This document shows positions 51,851-54,184 of a stretch of 54,184 bases of DNA, piece after piece. Origin of the DNA: Hydrolagus affinis. Taxonomy: Eukaryota. The position numbers and the translations under genes were made by a program. Position 1 is the stretch's first letter; every line of letters begins with the position of its first letter. The notes beneath the pieces are model-generated. The model saw nothing but the letters and a program-made list of their open reading frames with translations. It ran no database searches and was not told where the DNA came from. The stretch is from positions 1-54,184 of the forward strand of contig JAAILG010002479.1 in NCBI GenBank assembly GCA_012026655.1. Reading direction: 5' to 3'.

Positions 51851-53244
51851 GAGATTATCAAAAGCATCCTGTTAACCCACACCTACTTAAGCAACAAGTC
51901 AAAGAGGAGAGGACAGTTTAAAAACAGGGAGGAAACAATTGGCAAAAATTGTATTTGGAACAAAAAAAACGATGAAAAATGTTTTAAGTTGCGTGAGACA
52001 AGGTAGAATTCCAGCATAAAACGTCTGGTCTAATTCACTAATGTTTTGCAGCATGCCTGCTTTCAATGAGGAGGGGGCAAGATGAAAATCTCTTGCCAGG
52101 ATTGGTTAAAAAAAATCTCAGATGGAGTGCAAGTTCCTAAGGTGTTGCGTCACTTCTTAGATGTGCAAATTCTTAAATTTAGAACAGAATAAGCTATTCA
52201 CCAGATTTACAGGATCCCAGTGTCTCCGGGAGTAGAATAAATAAATAGAAGCCGTTATTTTGCTTGTGTTGGCCATTGACGTTATGTTAGAAAAGTCTAC
52301 AATATTTCAACACATGGCTTTCTTGTATGATTACATCAGTAGGTCAATCGCTATATGTTACACAGTAAAACAGGCAATTATTTTAATGAAAGTTATTAAT
52401 ATTATGAGAATATGAGGAATTTGTAAAAAGTTACCATAGCCTGAAAGGGGTATTGCTGGCTGCAGTTGCAAGTTGGCAGAAGGTAGGGTTTTTGGCAGGA
52501 AATGAGTTCAGCGCTCAAGAGTTTAACCTATTGTAGACTAACAGTGGTCTCCATTGTGCAGCTTAACTTTTACTAATTTAGTGACTCGAGCTGTTCACCA
52601 ATTGTTGCGCGCTTGAGTGGAATGCGTGTAAGCGGTGCAGCCAGCCTGGCTTCAGCTCTCAAAACCCAGAGGACCTTGTCGCATAAACTAAGCCAACACC
52701 TCTTTTCTTACACAAAGAAACTCTGTTCTTCAGCCGTCAGGATTCGTAAAGGACCTGGCTCCCAGCTAAAAACTTTAGTAATGCAGTTTATGTTGTCACT
52801 CAACCAACCAGGCCCCTTTACCCAAACTGGACAGTAACTGAACTCCTGACTTTTCACAGTACCAGGAAGGTCAAAGCTATAATTTGATAAGGAATCCCCC
52901 CAATAATACCCGTCAAAGTTTAAAAGAATATTTGAAAAAGAGTTCAGAGAAGAGGAAGCAAGACAAGTGGAATAGCGTGGGAGGAGGCCTCAGCTGAAGA
53001 GTAAGTTATGCTTACTGGAAAATAAAATTCCCAATGACTGGTTCATATTTCTAAGTGACCCATGACATGAGAAGCTCAACAAACAGTAGATTTCCAGAAA
53101 TAGATTCACTTTCCACTCTATTTCATGGGGTGGAAAAGTCACCAATCACTGTATTCAGGTGTAACTGTAAACATCCGTCGCCCTTGTGCAGATTAACTTA
53201 AAATGATTCAAGGATTGTGCCAGTCTGTAAGATGTATACAGCTA

Positions 53245-53381
53245 CACACGTCCACTGCCATTTCGGCCACAAAACATACAATTGATTCACTTTACAGCAC
53301 AATCTGCGAAGCACTTTGAGACATCTAGAAGATGCGATGAAGCGCTATACCAAATGCAAAGATTATTCGATTATTATTATT
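53245..53381 (+). mobile_element. SINE family A 3' fragment
   Basis: TTCACTTTACAGCAC…GCACTTTGAGACATCTAGAAGA…AAATGCAAAGATTATT. Confidence 0.8.
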
Positions 53382-54184
53382 TGTGAGTAAAGGGGCTAAT
53401 AGTGATTTACCATCCCATTGGTGCTTGAAGGTCTTAGAATGTTGTACAATAATAGCTTAAAGTTGAATTCCCCACCCTCCCAAAAAGGTTATTTAGCAAT
53501 CCACAGTTAAACCAAATTTTTATGATCGTATACATGATGAATGTAACATTCAAACACAGGAGCACATCTGTTCTCTCTGTATGTTGGGTGTTGAATATTG
53601 AAATGATGTAACAAGATGTTCAGGATACATAGTAATTCAAACATGTTGCAACTTGTTGTAAGGAAATCAAATTCTCTCAAAATGTCTTCAGCTGGTGAGC
53701 TGGGAACAGGAATGTTCAATAGAAAATCTAATCTTATTTTCCCGAGGCATTTCCTTTGCTCGCACAGGGCGAAGTACTGTCAATAGACACACTTTATTGA
53801 TGTGGAAGGGCAGCCTGAAGCAAACACGATAATGTCTGGGTTTTGGGTCATATCTACGTGGCCAGGCTTTCCTGCAAAAACTCAGCTCACTCGCCTGTGC
53901 AGCGGAAGCGACTGCAAAACATCATATTCTGCGGGCTTGAAAAGCTTGCAGTTCCCAAAACATTAAGTTAACAATAGCATCTCCCTCAAGTGCATCGAGC
54001 AGGCAATAAAGGAAGGATAAGCAAGCGTTTCTGCAACTTCCATTCCATTCAATTCCATTTTTCATCTGGGAATAACAGCATGAATACAACTTGTGCCAAA
54101 AGCCAGGCAGCAAACCTTTGGGAACCATCTCTTCCTATTAATACTGAATATTGCTGCAGAATCCTGGAATTGACACTGCCATAA

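Noticed and set aside
1-54184. CRISPR array, operon or prokaryotic defence/mobile system
   Set aside because: The sequence is an intron-rich vertebrate locus. There is no repeat-spacer array and no long ORF; the recurring motifs are dispersed SINE and LINE copies.
36642-54184. MDWLMG-type MOB2 first exon
   Set aside because: No matching sequence with a phase-2 donor was seen; it may lie beyond the right edge of the window.

Overview
This is vertebrate genomic DNA, not prokaryotic. The repeat content (tRNA-headed SINEs, Deu-domain SINEs, CR1/L2 LINE remnants) suggests a cartilaginous fish, possibly a chimaera; that assignment is inference. The window holds two convergent genes in the same arrangement as human 11p15.5. 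On the + strand is the 3' end of BRSK2 (SAD-A kinase): a terminal coding exon at 14444-14602 partly lost in an N-gap, a probable short alternative terminal exon at 14820-14842, and a poly(A) region near 16250-16270. On the - strand is a complete MOB2 gene: four shared coding exons (161, 94, 125 and 266 nt, all GT-AG) and two alternative first exons. The first exon at 44362-44468 is conserved with human and gives a 250-aa protein. The one at 49950-49981 lies in a CpG/YY1/CRE/CCAAT promoter and would give an N-terminus I do not recognise. The rest is intronic or intergenic, with many SINEs, LINE remnants, Tigger-like MITEs, CTCF-like motifs and a G-rich minisatellite. Almost all ORFs in the supplied track are spurious. 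I see no support for a new multi-gene system. The best leads are regulatory or isoform-level: a uORF/start-stop leader on a candidate new MOB2 first exon, an exact 34-bp direct repeat bracketing the conserved MOB2 first exon, a candidate RVxF-bearing alternative BRSK2 exon, and exon-like cassettes in the intergenic gap. Repeat boundaries are read by eye and approximate.
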